DNA of 64,000 nucleotides, from NCBI RefSeq assembly GCF_002113885.1, contig NW_018404943.1:1425236-1489235 (forward strand), read 5' to 3'. Below, piece by piece: positions 25,241 to 40,000 of this stretch (its first letter is position 1; each line of letters starts with the position of its first letter). The notes beneath the pieces were generated by a model. It was given only the letters and a program-made list of their open reading frames with translations. It searched no databases and was not told where the DNA came from. This stretch comes from Mizuhopecten yessoensis. Taxonomy: Eukaryota. Position numbers and translations under genes: made by a program.

Positions 25241-27618
25241 CTATTCACATTGCGTTAGAATGACCCAAAATTCAAATATTTGAACTTACTAACATGAAAC
25301 ATGTATAGAAAGACGTATGGTAACTTTCTAACTTTACTTTCCGGGGAGCGAACGAAAAGTTATTCGTTATTTGAGTAACGAATAATTAATTAATAGAGAT
25401 TGAAATAGGTCTTAACTCCAAACAAGGACCAGGAACATAAAATTTGAACAAGATCTCAATTTTGACAATTTTCGGGTATATGGTCCCAGGGGTCTAGATT
25501 TGGCACCCCCTGTATTCTTTTTGAACCCCCATTCTTGTGGTTTGGTTTGGTAAGGTTACTTATTGATACAATTTGGTTCTAACATGTATTTAGGCACAAA
25601 AAGGAAGAATTGTTTAGATAATTGAGCCAATATATAACAAGGTCACAGTGACCTACCTGTCAACTATGTGCAATGTACTGCCAAACTCTTTTCGGCCATT
25701 TTTAATATTTGCAGCTTTAGTGTTACGCAATACACCAAAATGATGAAGAAACTTAAAAAATAACATGCAGTTTTGTAAAAAAGCGTCCATTTGTGATTAT
25801 GGTCCCCCACTTTACCCCTCATATTTCGGAATGGTCAACAAGTTGGCCTTTATTTCATGTCATATCATTATTGCATAGTCCCAAGGTGCATTTGTACAAA
25901 AAATAAAACTTATCGGTGATAACCACCAAACGGCCCAAATTGGCATCCTTCCTTTGCCGGCCTAGCTTTCAAAAGAGTTCCAATGGTTTACTTTTATAAT
26001 ATAAATATAACTGTTGGCGTATAAGATATCTTATTTGGAGAATGGGGTATCTAGATGTATAACCTTATTGAATGCATGATATTTAACTTGTCAAAATGGA
26101 AACCAATTAAACCTAGAATCAAGAAATGCCAAATTAAGTGTATTGGATGTCCGCTTTCTGAATAATTCAATCTCATCAGCGACGCTGATAGCCAGGAAGA
26201 GTGTCAAGGTCGTAAAGGGTGTTATTTATATGGATACTGTTGGATTAACAAAAATATGAACGTATTTAATTTTTGTATGAGAAAAAAATCGCTCAATTGT
26301 AACATACTTCACGATACAAATCTCATAAAGTATTTCATTTTGTACCTTTACCGGTATATAATTCTGCGCTACCTTACTTGCATGTTAAAACCTTACTCTC
26401 TTGTTATTATTACAAGTACTCCTTACGCACACTCAAAAATCACAATTATCTATCTTGATACCTATGACACAGATTTTATCAAACCAGAGCCCTTAAAATT
26501 GTCCACAGGATATCAGGGTTATAAGCGAGCCAACATTATTTTTATTATCACGAGAAACATATTGAAAACACTTACTAAGGCCTAAATGTAACCGTAATCA
26601 AATATGAGCAGATAGGTGCATCCGTCTCAGATAATCTCTCGACCACGTGGTATCTCTTGTCAAGATGCGACCTGTGCTATTCAGATTTCCTTATCCTAGA
26701 TTCATAAAGAACGTCATTAAAATCGATTTTAGTTGCACATGATGGTATTGAATGCAAATCCAATTTTTTAATGTAACATTATTTAGTCAAAATGTCAGTA
26801 TTCCCTTCATTCCTTATTATTAAATCCAATTAAAACTGATACATGTAAATTAAAAGTTATTTAAATGCAAATTAACGAGAAAAGAAGGAAGCCAGGAAAA
26901 GATTTGTTTGTATATATGTAGTTAACAACAAAATCACCTGCTAACGGCACAGTCTTAATACATTGCTAGTAAAGTGTCCAAAGTTTTGGTGAATGTGGAT
27001 CTACCTAAAACCTCAGTACATTTGTATATATGTTATATCGATGTTTAAACTCTTCAACTGTTTAAGGGTGTTAGCAAGACAGATTTTCATTAAAGTGGGG
27101 GCCGACATTATTTTTCAAATCAGCTAAAAAAAATAATTTATAACTTTATAAAGGGTTTTATAGCCAGCTTTCTTTTATCTCTAAATGCCGCACTTATTAT
27201 GAGAATAATGAATTTTTTTTTGTTTCTTTCTTGCGACGTTAGTACCACTACATAGTAAGTCATGCTTGGACCAAACGACTCTCTGTTGCAATTACATAAC
27301 ATATTCTTTTTATTCTACATATGACACAGGGCACTTTGGACTTGGATTTATATATATATATTATTATTTTTATTGACTTTTTGTAAGTATGGTGCTATTT
27401 AATTCAATGCAATAATTGTTGTAGGGACAGTTTGGTCATGGATTTTTTTACTTAATTCATAAATAAATAAATCATTATTTTCTTATTTATTTACTTTAAG
27501 CCATGCCACTTTGGACATTTTTTTTATTTTAATTTAGTTAATGAATCAATTGTTTTTTTATTGATTGACTTTTAGTAAGTAAGGTGTTATTTAAATTGAT
27601 GTATTAATTGTTTTCAAG

Positions 27619-28946
27619 TTGCTTTATATTATCGTTGAGTGTTAGTGATGCAAGATCAGTGACCTCCCCAAGAGCGACTAATGTCCACGTTTTGTCTAAC
27701 AGCAGTTGTTCTGATATCAATGTAACACTACAGAGCTGTGACTTTGATATTGTAGCTTCAGTCACCCTACGGTGTACAGTGACTTCGGTGGAAGATTACA
27801 AGTGAACTGCGAGACTCAACCGTCAATTCTCTTCACGATGGTAATTAAACGTGCTATCTTAAACAAACCCTTTGTTTCAATTTAATTTCAATAACCTTTT
27901 AAGAATATTTATTGTCATAAAAGGATCGGGGACTAAATGGTCAAAGTAAACACAACATAGATGTTACGTGATCTCAATATAGCATAAAGCAGAATAAGAT
28001 TTACTTAGAATTGTCAATGGACCTGCACAATTATTGGATATCAAGTGAGCTATACAGGCACATTTTGCCTCTTGCTAAAGTTTTAAATTGTTGTTTTGTT
28101 CACGTTATAATGTCCGTACTTTCAACATGTATATAAATTGTGTTTTTTGGCATAAACTATTTACATTTGTACTTACTTAATAAACTGCAGATCGAATGTT
28201 TTTTAAATCTGCTTCATAATGACATTTCATTATGTATTGGTCTGAGTTCAATGGGAAGACTTTTTTATATTAAACATGACTTTGATGAGATTTTAGGCTA
28301 ATTTATTTTTTAAGTTTGTTGTCAAATCATCATGACTATATGGTTTGTGTGCAAATATTTCATTTTTTTCAATAGAAACGATTTATCTTTCTTACCCAAA
28401 CAAAAAAGGTCTACGAGATGTACTGTGATACAGTGTTATCGCCTTATCATGTACAAATGAATCTCGCTAAACATTGTAAGACGTTTGTGTGTCTTTCAGA
28501 GTTTCAAGTTGATCGCTATAGCCTCTGACCTCAACATCAGCGGTCGGACGGGATGTGGTATTAGTATACATGTGGCTTACACTTCTACTCAAAATTGATA
28601 AAGTCAGGACCATAAATATAGAATCGGAACGAAATTTCATTTGTTTTTTTTAATTTACGAGTCATAAGTGACCCAACAAGGTCTAGAACGGATGTAGGTG
28701 TCCAACATTTGAAAGTTTCTTCATACAGGAATTACTTCATACATAATTTACTGTCCAGCGTTATTTTGTTGAATTTACAGGAGGATTCTATATCTACCCA
28801 TACACGACTGGTAGATATGACAGTGGTAGTACATTTCAACACCTCAACAATCAATGGCGGGGCGGTGTGTATACAGCTCTTTTACATCATGACAGCATCT
28901 ACCTCCAATGTGGAAGTCCTGGGGGATATCAATGGTCAGGACACGT
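27619..28946 (+). pseudogene. Decayed B-type MAM-mucin paralog (exon 2 and partial exon 3 only)
   Basis: Exon-2 homolog 27619-27840 (SDARSVTSPRATNVHVLSNSSCSDINVTLQSCDFD, then a frameshifting deletion). Exon-3 homolog 28781-28946 (GFYIYPYT..., frameshift, TINGGAVCIQLFYIMTASTSNVEV, truncated). Intron-1 homology at ~26480-26780. No exon 4 found. Confidence 0.85.
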
Positions 28947-30229
28947 ACATATTTTTGCAGTAGCCTCATTTTAAGCGCTTTAGGAACAAGACTACATGAA
29001 TAACACGTCAAGTCCTTGTATATTGTTCTCTTTCGCATGATGTTTAGGTGCGCCAATTCATCAAGGCGCAGCTATGTTATAATTCGATAATGCGCTTAAA
29101 TTTGCTAGAATAAGTACGTTTACTGTATAAAGTTGTCAACTGTTTTACCAAACCAAACTTCAAATGGGTGACTTCTTCCCAATCTGTAGGGCTAACAGGT
29201 ACTTTAGAACAAACCATTTGTAACAAATCTGATCATAAACTATTTCAAGCATACTGTTTCAATTTAAACTATTCACATTTATTGTCGTAGACATGAAGAA
29301 TGAGCATTATATGTGTAATTATAAAATAGAACTGTGCACCAAAGTGTCATCAAAAAATGTAATTGGAACACAAAATCAATAAAGCTGGGGCAAAATAAGA
29401 ACACGGAGACCCTGAAAATGATAATTAAACAAGGTTCTTCGGAAAAGTAAGCGTCTTCTGCTTCATCGATAACCCCTGCCACGTAAACTTAGGTCACATC
29501 AGAGTTAAGTGACATTCTCATCGGGAAAACCAGGATAGTGACAACAACACAACAAGACACACTCATGAACACAATTTAAAAAGCGAATATATCTATCGAA
29601 CAACAAATTGGAATGCTTTCCCATGAGATTATAAGACTTGCCCATAAAATCTTAGCATCATCAACATGTATCTTTGGAAACCATGTGTTAGTTTAATGGT
29701 ACTATGTTTAAGGACGTACAAACAGTCAACCAATCAAAGTAGTTACTGAAATTACACACTGCAATCATGCAACAATTCAATCAAAACTTAGTTACCAGAT
29801 TCCTATTTCCAGCTTGTTGGTAATTATAATGAAGGTCAGCTATCCCGAAAAAAATATCTTGTCGTAAACATACAATACCCAATGTGAACCAATATTTCTT
29901 TCGTCACAAAATCACATGGCAATATTTCATTGGTCAATAAATCAAGAAACCAGCTAAAGATTTCCTAAAATTCAAACATAACCACAAAAGCAGGAAAAAC
30001 ATAGGTTTGCAATGGTTGTCGTGAATCTTGCATGTATCTTCAAAACTCAGTTCATATCTGATCAGTCTGATTGCTTGATACGTGTTTAAAGGGAGCTAAG
30101 TCTTCTTAACATACATTTTTCAATTTTTTCTTTGAAGAAACTTGAATTTTGGTATATTTATATACTTCGTTTTGACAAGAAAATAAAATTGTCGTAATGT
30201 TTATAAATATACTATATACTTTATTTCTT

Positions 30230-30442
30230 TTACAACAATTATCAAACAAATTATTCAACTTAGATAAGTTTCTCTTGTTTGCTCGGATGTAGATCGCAGG
30301 GGTATTAATGTGGGTGGAAACCGGAAGACTCGGAGAAACCCCACGTAGTAGGGCAGGTGACCCCATACCTGTTTACGTCAGGTCGTTGATTCGAACCCCT
30401 GCCGCCTGGTAGGAGGCAAGTGCGCTTTCCACTGCGCAACTC
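30230..30442 (-). mobile_element. V-SINE copy, minus strand
   Basis: Reverse complement of the 22687 family (GGAAACCGGAAGACTCGGAGAAACCCCACG...TTCGAACCCC...GGCAAGTGCGCTTTCCACTGCGC). Confidence 0.8.
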
Positions 30443-30529
30443 AATGTTGTGATGTTACCACAGTTATAGAATATATATCACTATTAGAAATGAGGTATAT
30501 AAACATGTTCATGTAAATATGCAACCATG

Positions 30530-30712
30530 GCTGTGGCTTGATTCCCTAATCGGACGTGAAAAGGTATGGGGTCATCTGTCCGACCACGTGGGTTTTTTCC
30601 GAGTATTCTGATTTCCTCCAACTTTAAGGCTCCCGTGTGTCAGCATCCAAGCCGATTAGAGTGACTTATTGAAATAAATGTCTCATATAATTGTTGTTAG
30701 ATTGAAACAAGT
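30530..30712 (+). mobile_element. V-SINE copy, 5'-truncated
   Basis: ATCGGACGTGAAAAGGTATGGGGTCATCTGTCCGACCACGTGGGTTTTTTCCGAGTA aligns to 22755-22815, and the tail aligns to 22880-22915. Confidence 0.8.
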
Positions 30713-31059
30713 TGACACATAACTAGGATTAGGATTTAGTAATATGATGGCTTCGTATTACTCCCTGCAATATTTGATACGTCCACAAAATATGACATCA
30801 AACTATATATTATTTTGTCGAAGTCACTGCCCCCGAGCTGATACAAATGTAATATATCTCTCGATATCCATTCATTAAGCTAGCAATACGTTGGAGAGGT
30901 TTGTATATACACTTTACTACCTATATATCAATAACTGATAACGTTAAATCGGGCACATACCATGTTTTCAGTGAATATTAGAAAAAAAATGATATCTATT
31001 TAGTTCAGTAAGTAAATTTATCCTAAACCAGTTATTATTGCACCAACTTCCTCTCAGAG

Positions 31060-34000
31060 ATGGGGACATTTATCTTAGGATGGAGACTTTTCTACTTAAC
31101 ATGTCTAGGTAAGATGTTCTACACGTAACGCATATTGTACTTAGCTATACTGTAGTGGTAAATATCTAATCAAACAAATGTAACTTAGCATTGATATGAA
31201 TGTACACCATACAATTACCAACATCAAAATTAATTTAAATGTAAAGGCTAAGTTTGTTTTGAACCAAACCCGGAATTAATAACTGATTTTGCGAGCTTTC
31301 GAAAACGTCTGTTTCCTTTGTCACTCAAAAAGTGTAAATGACCGGTGTCATGACTAAACCGCTGAAAACCAACTCATTAAGCCACAGTTTGCTGCATCAG
31401 TACAGTCAGCTGTCATGGTCCAGACAGCAGACTTTACTAATTGTGTTTAAAATACTTAGCCTTTATCACTCTTACCTAACTGATCGACCGCATTCCGATT
31501 AATAAAAATCAGTTTTGAAATCTATCATCGATACAGGAGGAAATGGATTCAGAATGGCATTACAATGCATGTGCATCTGATGACACGATATTTCGACTTA
31601 AATATAATATGTATAAAATATCTTTCATGTAGAGCCCTGTAACTTAAAAATCCGTTTACAATGAGTGTTAAAGTAACAATAAAAATAAGTATTTGATGAA
31701 CAAAATAAAACGAAACGAAAACTTTGATAGTGCAAGTATCAAATTCAAAGTAAACATATTCTGTCACATGCTTTTTTTTTGACACGTTGATAATTCTCTC
31801 TAATCTTTACCTTGGTACTACATCATACTAGACTTCGCACAGGATAGAATGTATCATTGAGGCAAAACAAGTAAGATAACGGCGCAAACATATAGTATGC
31901 ATGCACATCGTGTAAACTTAATACATAAATCACATTCGTCAAATATACCAACTCTAAATGATATTATTTTTGGTAATATAAATAATTTAATTGTAATATA
32001 ACATGTTTGTTAAGGTTACCCTTTACCTTAGATGAGAAATAAACTCATAAGTTTGAATTTTCAATTTTCCAATAATGAATTTTCCCTTTCTTATGAATAA
32101 TATCCATGTTTCCAAAAACTACGAAATTTTCGCAGTCGATTCGGTATTCAAGAACCTACTCCAAATGTCAAAATTGTGATACATGTAGATGTCGAAGGTT
32201 GACAGACAAATTACAACAAAGAATTAAGAGAGATGCAGTTTGATGAAAAAATAAAGGGAAGTTTTATGATCGCATTCATGTTCTGATTGGCATATATTTT
32301 TTGTTTTGGGTGAACTGAAAGTCGATGATTTTGATAATGCTCATTGTACCTTGTCGTTTCGTTGTACCCACCGTTGTTTCGCTGTGTGAAAATGACATTA
32401 CCCTAATTTGGCTAAAATTCAAACGGCAAGTATCGTCAATGAGGCAGGGGACGCCCCCGTAAAAACCTAACAACATTCTCCTGGTACTGTAAAACGTCTC
32501 CATATCTATATTATTTTTGTTTATATTTTGATGTTGTTTTATTGATTTTGAGTTCGAATTAAGGTTTGACCGACATTTCGCTATCCTCCTGTTGGTAGAA
32601 GAAAAATCAGAAAAAGTGGAATTCATAATCCTAGTAGTACTTTTTAAAAAACAAAAACTCGATGTAGTTTTAGCATTATCATAACGCAAGTTCCTTAATT
32701 ATCTGATAATCATTGATAATCTGATAAGTACATGTAGATCCTGTTTTTAATGTATATCTTATTTCTGATTATTGAAATGAGTTAATAATTTGCCTATTTA
32801 TTATTTAATGGTTGGTCTGAATGTCGTTGCTAGATAGGCCGATGCACACACAAGGTAATGAATGCATCTTTCATATAAAACAGTGCATGTTTTTTTTGTT
32901 TTTTTTTTAGCTTTTTGGATAGTTGTTTGTGTTTTGGAAAGTCTCAGACATATAAACATAACTTAATGTGATTGGTAAGAGAAGGTTGAAGGCGACAGTT
33001 GGTTTATGGTGAAATGGTGAAAACAGCGCTACTAAGTTCGCTGGGATATTTTGCACACGGTGATTGATACATTGGAGTCGGATCAACACCAGTACGATTT
33101 ATGTATAATGTGATATGGTGTGAGTGTGAAAGTGTGTAGTGTGCATTATGTACCTATAATTGTGTCAGGTTGTGACCCAGACATGGTGTGATCATTATCG
33201 AATCGTGTATTTGGATTTAATACAATTTTTTTTTTTATCACACTTACGATAACGTTCTTCTCTAATATTGATTTATAATCTTCATTTATACAACCAAACG
33301 TGACCACACGGAAAACGATGGGTTTCGTTATTTCAGGAATGGTTTGATTATTTAACCCATTAAGTCTTACTGCTGTGTCATCTATTTAGCTGGATAGAAA
33401 GTGATATTGCCAAGTATAGTGTTAAAGTATGTCTCCAACTTCTCCAGTAAATATAGTTATAATTTGCGTTGAGTTCCACTATTCTACAGTGTAATACCAG
33501 TAGCAGAATGGTAGAACTTCATATAATATATACTTGTTGATCATCAGTAAAAAACGTCATCTATAAATACTCATTGTGATGTGTCACTATATATTTCTGC
33601 AATTTTCGCACGCTGTTCTTACACGAACAACTACGCTTATATATGTTCTCACTAACTTTATTAACATTTATTTTCTATGAATTCTCTAGAGCTCACACCT
33701 ACAGTAAGATTTTTTTACCATAATTACACTTCGCTCAAAAGCTAACCGAGGGGATTATGTGATAACATCAGCGTATTTCATTTTTTTTATGTAAAATACA
33801 GTATCCATCAGCACCAGAAGTATTAAAACAAACCCGGCTGAAATGAAAAAGAGATGACGATTGTGTTTTGAAAACAAGCAAGAAAGAACAGAGAGACAAC
33901 AAGAATAAATGGATGGCAAACATAAGAAATCTAGAATATCGCGGATGATACCTGCCCAAATAATCCGAAACCGCTTGAAGGAGGTCCAATTGAAAGCGCG

Positions 34001-37000
34001 TCACCCTTGTACAGTGTCCCATCTTAGTGAGACGTCATTGTACAAATAGCTCTTATGGTAACTGTGCACACTGTAGTTGGATGGTACGCCAATGGAACAC
34101 TATTCATTTTACTGATGAATCACACTTCTTTTTGTCACATGATAGCAAGAGGCGTGAAATTTATAGAAGTCGGGACGAATGCTTCCTAAACTGCCGCGTC
34201 CTTTGACGTGACCTTGTCGGGGGTTGTAATGTACTAGGCAAGGGTGGTATTTGTGGTGGGATCCGCAACAGTGTTTATGATGTTTGAGAAATTGAACGGG
34301 GTATATTATCGAGTAAAAAGTTGAGTCTGGTGGTAATCTCATTTTTATAACGTCATGGCGAATGAGCTATTTTTCAACAAGGTACCGAGCTATCACATAT
34401 CAATTGTATCAACATTACGTTTCTACAGTTAAACATGTTAAAATGCTGGGCTGACCATTCTTAATTACGTGACATGTCGTTCATTCAGTAGGTTTGGGAT
34501 GTTGCATGGTGACGCGTTTGGCGACATCAAGAACTACCGTCTAACTAGCAGGAGCTAGTTCAAGCGATAACTGATACATGTAACATTACCGTTCACATTA
34601 GTTGTTGTTTTGCAAATTCAATGTACATGTAACGACGCTGCAACGCTGTTTTCTGCACAAATGGTGTTCATTCCTGGTACCAAATATTTTACTTACGTCT
34701 AATAAAATAATATAACAGCGGGATTGTTTTCATGATTTATTTAAGGCAAAGATATGAAAAGCCTTTATAATGAACAGATTAATAAAAGTTAAATACATTT
34801 GCAACAAGAAGATAAATTTATCTCAAATTAAAATGCGTTTTCTTTCTTTGCTGACTACAATAATGACGTCTCTCAGTCAAATTATGTCTTTTTATTATGA
34901 CGGCACAACTATTTACGAAGAAAATGCTGCTACCATTTTAATCGATTTTATTTGCACTGCCGAAGTATAAATTTTGTTGTTGTAAACTGTAGTAACATAT
35001 GTACTTGCTATATGTACGTACATATTACTAAGTTAAATTACTAACATACATGTATATGTTACATGAACAAACAGATTCAATCAATCTGCTATTTAACAAA
35101 TTTCTTTTCTGCCTGCAGGGTTCACAATTTCAACATTCCACATGACAGAGGCAAAATCAGTGGCCTCCACAGGAGCGACTCATGTCCAAGTTCTGTCTAA
35201 CAGCAGTTGTTCTGATATCAATGTAACACTACTGAGTCAGAGCTGTGACTTCAACAGTGACTACTGTAGCTTCAGTCATCCGACGGATTACCATGACATG
35301 CAGTGGAGGATAACATCTTCAACATCAACATTTTACGCTGGAGTACATTCTCTTCACGGTACTATTCAAATTTACACCTATTGACATTTGAAATATTTGT
35401 CTGCCGTATGCATGTGTGTTTCAGTCCTCATATCGGAATCGAAAAGACTGATTTTTTAAATTTGGCATGATGATAATATCAGTAACAATACTATTTGTAA
35501 TGATAATATACACATACCAATATAGCCTATGCATAATATCCATATATTTCTCATTCTCAACATATTCAAGAATTAAAGTGGACGCATCTTTTTGTTATCA
35601 TTTCTCTTCCGACAATATACCATCTTTGGGGAAAAAAAGGTCGGTTTGTAAAATAAAATGGCTCTCCACGAAATTTAGGATTTGCTTCGGCGACTATACG
35701 CAGTTTAGGAAAGTAAAAAACAACCGCTTTTACTTTTTTTTCGCCGCAAAGAAGCGAAAAAACTAATAACGAAGTGTACAATTAATAGGTAACTACTTAT
35801 GTTTCTTGAATAAGTATGTATATGTTATGCTCTACAGATTAAGTGCATGTGTATGCATATATGTATCCAGGATTGAACAAGAGCATACTTTAAGATCTTA
35901 TTGGATACATGTATTACATTACCATTTGATTATTTTTAAACTATTTGTGGTGCTATTGCAGAAGGACGCTATATTTACCCATACACTCTCGGAAAACCAG
36001 ATGGCGCGACTTCGTCAATCAACACCACAACAATCAATGGCGGGGCTGTGTGTATCCAGTTCTGGTACGCCATGACCCAATCTACATCCAATCTGGAAGT
36101 ATTGGTGGATACCAATGGTCAGGACACGTCGCTATGGAAACAAACTGGTCGTCTTGGAAAATATTGGATGAATGCGATATTGGCTGTTTCCAGCCAGAGT
36201 CCATTTAAGGTAGGCCTATGAAGTTATTGTAATATTATACAAAACTAACCAGTTGGTAAATGTAACGAAAGCATTCTGTCACATACACATGTACTAACAT
36301 TTCGTTAGTGTTAGGTCACAATCTACTTCTTTTAACAACATATCAAACAAATTATTCCAGTAATTCATTATTTACCAGTATACATATGACAATTTAGACC
36401 TAATACTAAACTATTCCTTGAAATTTATTTTGTTACCATATTCTGTTTTATTCTTCAACCACCATTTGCTACTGTAGTCTTTCTCATACTGTCAAAAGAC
36501 AATCCACTAATACGTTGCTTCAATACATTGCTTAATGTGTAAATGATTCGCCTAATTAGAAACTAAAAATTAACGCTAATTGTTAAAGGAAGGTATTCCC
36601 TTTTAATACACACTTAATGCAGAAATATTACACCGTTTCGTTTACTGATTGGATGACATTTTGACATTACAAAACAGGCCAGACGTTGAACCGAGAGCTA
36701 TTATTTAAAGCTTTGCGTTTGCGCCTGCTAACTAGCGTAGACTACATGAGCTCGTTTTATACGACCCGAGTTCACTCTATTTTATCATTGATAGATATAA
36801 TGAAATTTAATAGCATTTTTATCCAGGGATCCAGGGGTTTCACTGATTAAAAGAAATCAACTATTTTCTTAAGAACTGCTGTGACTTACATAAATATATA
36901 TTAGGTAGTTAACATGTAAAGTGTATAACCAAGATCATATCTTAATCCAACTTCTTCTATGATATTTGCGTTTTATTCGCCGTTTTTGAGTTATTTGAGC

Positions 37001-40000
37001 TCATATTAATATTGTCTCAGTTAACATGCATATTGCATGAATTGCGTTGATGACGTAATACTATATGTATGTTTTGTGACGTTGGTATCACGTCACAGAC
37101 CGTCTAGATGTTATGTGTTACAAATGAAGTATAGATAATTGATGACAACATTTAATTAATTGATATTTAAAGCTGACAGTACAAGTTAAAATGGCTTTCA
37201 ATCAAGATTCCGGCTACCGTCGTATCTAAGGAAGCGTCGACATTTTATAATGTAATTGCTTGATAACGAGTATGGGTTTCCCTGGGTAAAAAAGCGCATT
37301 ACATGTCAAACCGGTTAGCATTAGTTCAATATGTGCGTAAGGTGACACTTCAATAAATAGAACCTTTCACGAGTTTGAACCAACATTTTTTTATCAGATC
37401 AGTTAAAGAATGTAGTACATTGTAATGGAAGACATCAAATTTATCATTAATCTCAGAAGTATGCAAACATTAGTAATAGACGACAAATTAAATTATTCAA
37501 TGCACAATTCCTTTCCCCCTTTCGCCTTCCAAAATACGACACTAAAGAAATACACATACGACTAACGCTGATGCCTATCTTTTACATATCCCACTAGTAA
37601 CAACATCCTATGTGAATACAATAAATTATTTTCATGAGAACGGTTCCATGATCAAATTTCACATTGTTGACTACACACCGGGGATTGTGCATTTTGCACG
37701 TGTTTTGCTAGTAAAGTGTCTACACGATGAAAACTCAGAGTTCATAATGAAGTACACGAGTGTGGGTGCGGTTCTATGCACCCAAGAAATATAATATATA
37801 CGGGATGTATTAGACTGGCTACCAGCACCATTTTTTTTTTACTCATAGCTTATCTCCCCCTCGTTTAGAACTTAGGAATCAGACATCCAAGTGATAAACA
37901 TTTTTGAATTAAATATTTTTCTTAATAATTCATTATTCTATTGATGGGGGCCAGTCTAGGGATTTATCGGAGTGTTTTCAGTCATATTTCATTTGTTTTG
38001 GATATACAAATTCCTATTATGTCCAAGAGGTAACAAACCAGCTCCGCAGTGTTGCAGTCTTCTTTTTAGTTCGTTTGATTTTAATATTGGTTACCGATCA
38101 GGATGACCGGTATATTGAATTGCAAAACGGCCAGTTGTAGAATGATAGCCAGTTTGTCAGGTATTGCACTCTTTTTACCCAGAGAGACCCATACTCGTTA
38201 CTAAGTAAGGACAAACTGAAATGTCGACACTTTCTTAGAAACGATAGCTGAAAGGGAAAGTCATTTTAAAAATAAACAAAAAAATAAAACTTTGTTTTTC
38301 TTGATTGAAAGCTTTTTAACTTGCACTGTCAGCTTTTAGGATTCCTGTCCTACTGAAGGCAAACTACTGTACTTGTATTGACATCAAATACTCTGCTCTT
38401 AGTTTGTTTCTAGTATAACTGTAGCGCAACTGGGCAATGTTTCAACCGTTGATTGAATAGCTCAGATGGTTACAACAACAGTTTGATAATCGTGGGTCTA
38501 GGGTTCGAAACTTCGTCTGGCCCATTTGTTTATTTCATTTAGAACATTGTTCTTGATTATTTTCTATTCAATCACCATTACCTGTCCTCTCTTAACAGGT
38601 ACACTTTTCTTAAGATAACAGAAAATAACAAATGTTGATATATAATATTAGCTGTGGAACTCTTTTGATATACTTGTCGTATATATTTCATTTATTTTTC
38701 ATTTATACCTCCCTCCCTTCCATATACTTTACTTTACTTACAATTTCCTTTTTTGCAGATTCGGTTTAAATGTGTTAGAATAAATTTTAACACAAAACTA
38801 GGTTTAGACGACATAAAAGTATGGAAACTTCCATCGACTGCAATCACTAAACCAACTACTACTCCCACCACTACACCTATAACTACACTCACTACTACGC
38901 CTACCACTACACCTACAACTACACCTACAGCTACATTCACAACTACTCCCACCACTACACATACAGCTACACCCACCACTACTCCCACCACCACATCATC
39001 AACTACACCTACAACTACACCTACAATTACACCTACTACCACACCTACAACTACACCTACAACTACACCAACCACTACACCAACAACTACACCAACAACT
39101 ACCCCTAAAACCACACCTACAACTACACCCACAACTACACCCACAACTACACCCACAACTACACCTACAACTACACCCATCACTACACCTACAGCTACAC
39201 CTACAACTACACCTACAACTACACCTACAACTACACCAACCACTACACCAACAACTACACCAACAACTACACCTACAACTACACCTACAACTACACTCAC
39301 AACTACACCTAAAACCACACCTACAAATACACCTACAACTACACTCACAACTACACCTACAACTACACCTACAACTACACCCACAACTACACCCACTACC
39401 ACACCATCAACTACACCTACAACTACAACTACACCCACTACCACACATACAACGACACCAACAACTACACCTACAACAACACCAACCACCACACCTACAA
39501 CTACAGCTACAACTACACAAGCAACTACACCAATAACTACACCTACAACTACACCTGCTTACACCCCTACAACTACACCAACCACTACACCAGCCACCAT
39601 ACCTACAACTACACCAACCAGGACACCAACTAATACACCAACCACGACACCAACAACTATACCCACCACGACACCAACACCTACACCTACAACAACACCA
39701 ACCACCACACCTACAACTACACCTACAACTACACCCACAACTACACCTACAACAACACCAACCACCACACCTACAACTACAGCTACAACTACACAAACAA
39801 CTACACCAATAACTACACCTACAACTACACCAACCACTACACCAGCTACCACACCTACAACAACACCAACCACCACACCTACAACTACAGCTACAACTAC
39901 ACAAACAACTACACCAATAACTACACCTACAACTACACCAACCACTACACCAGCTACCACACCTACAACAACACCAACCACCACACCTACAACTACAGCT

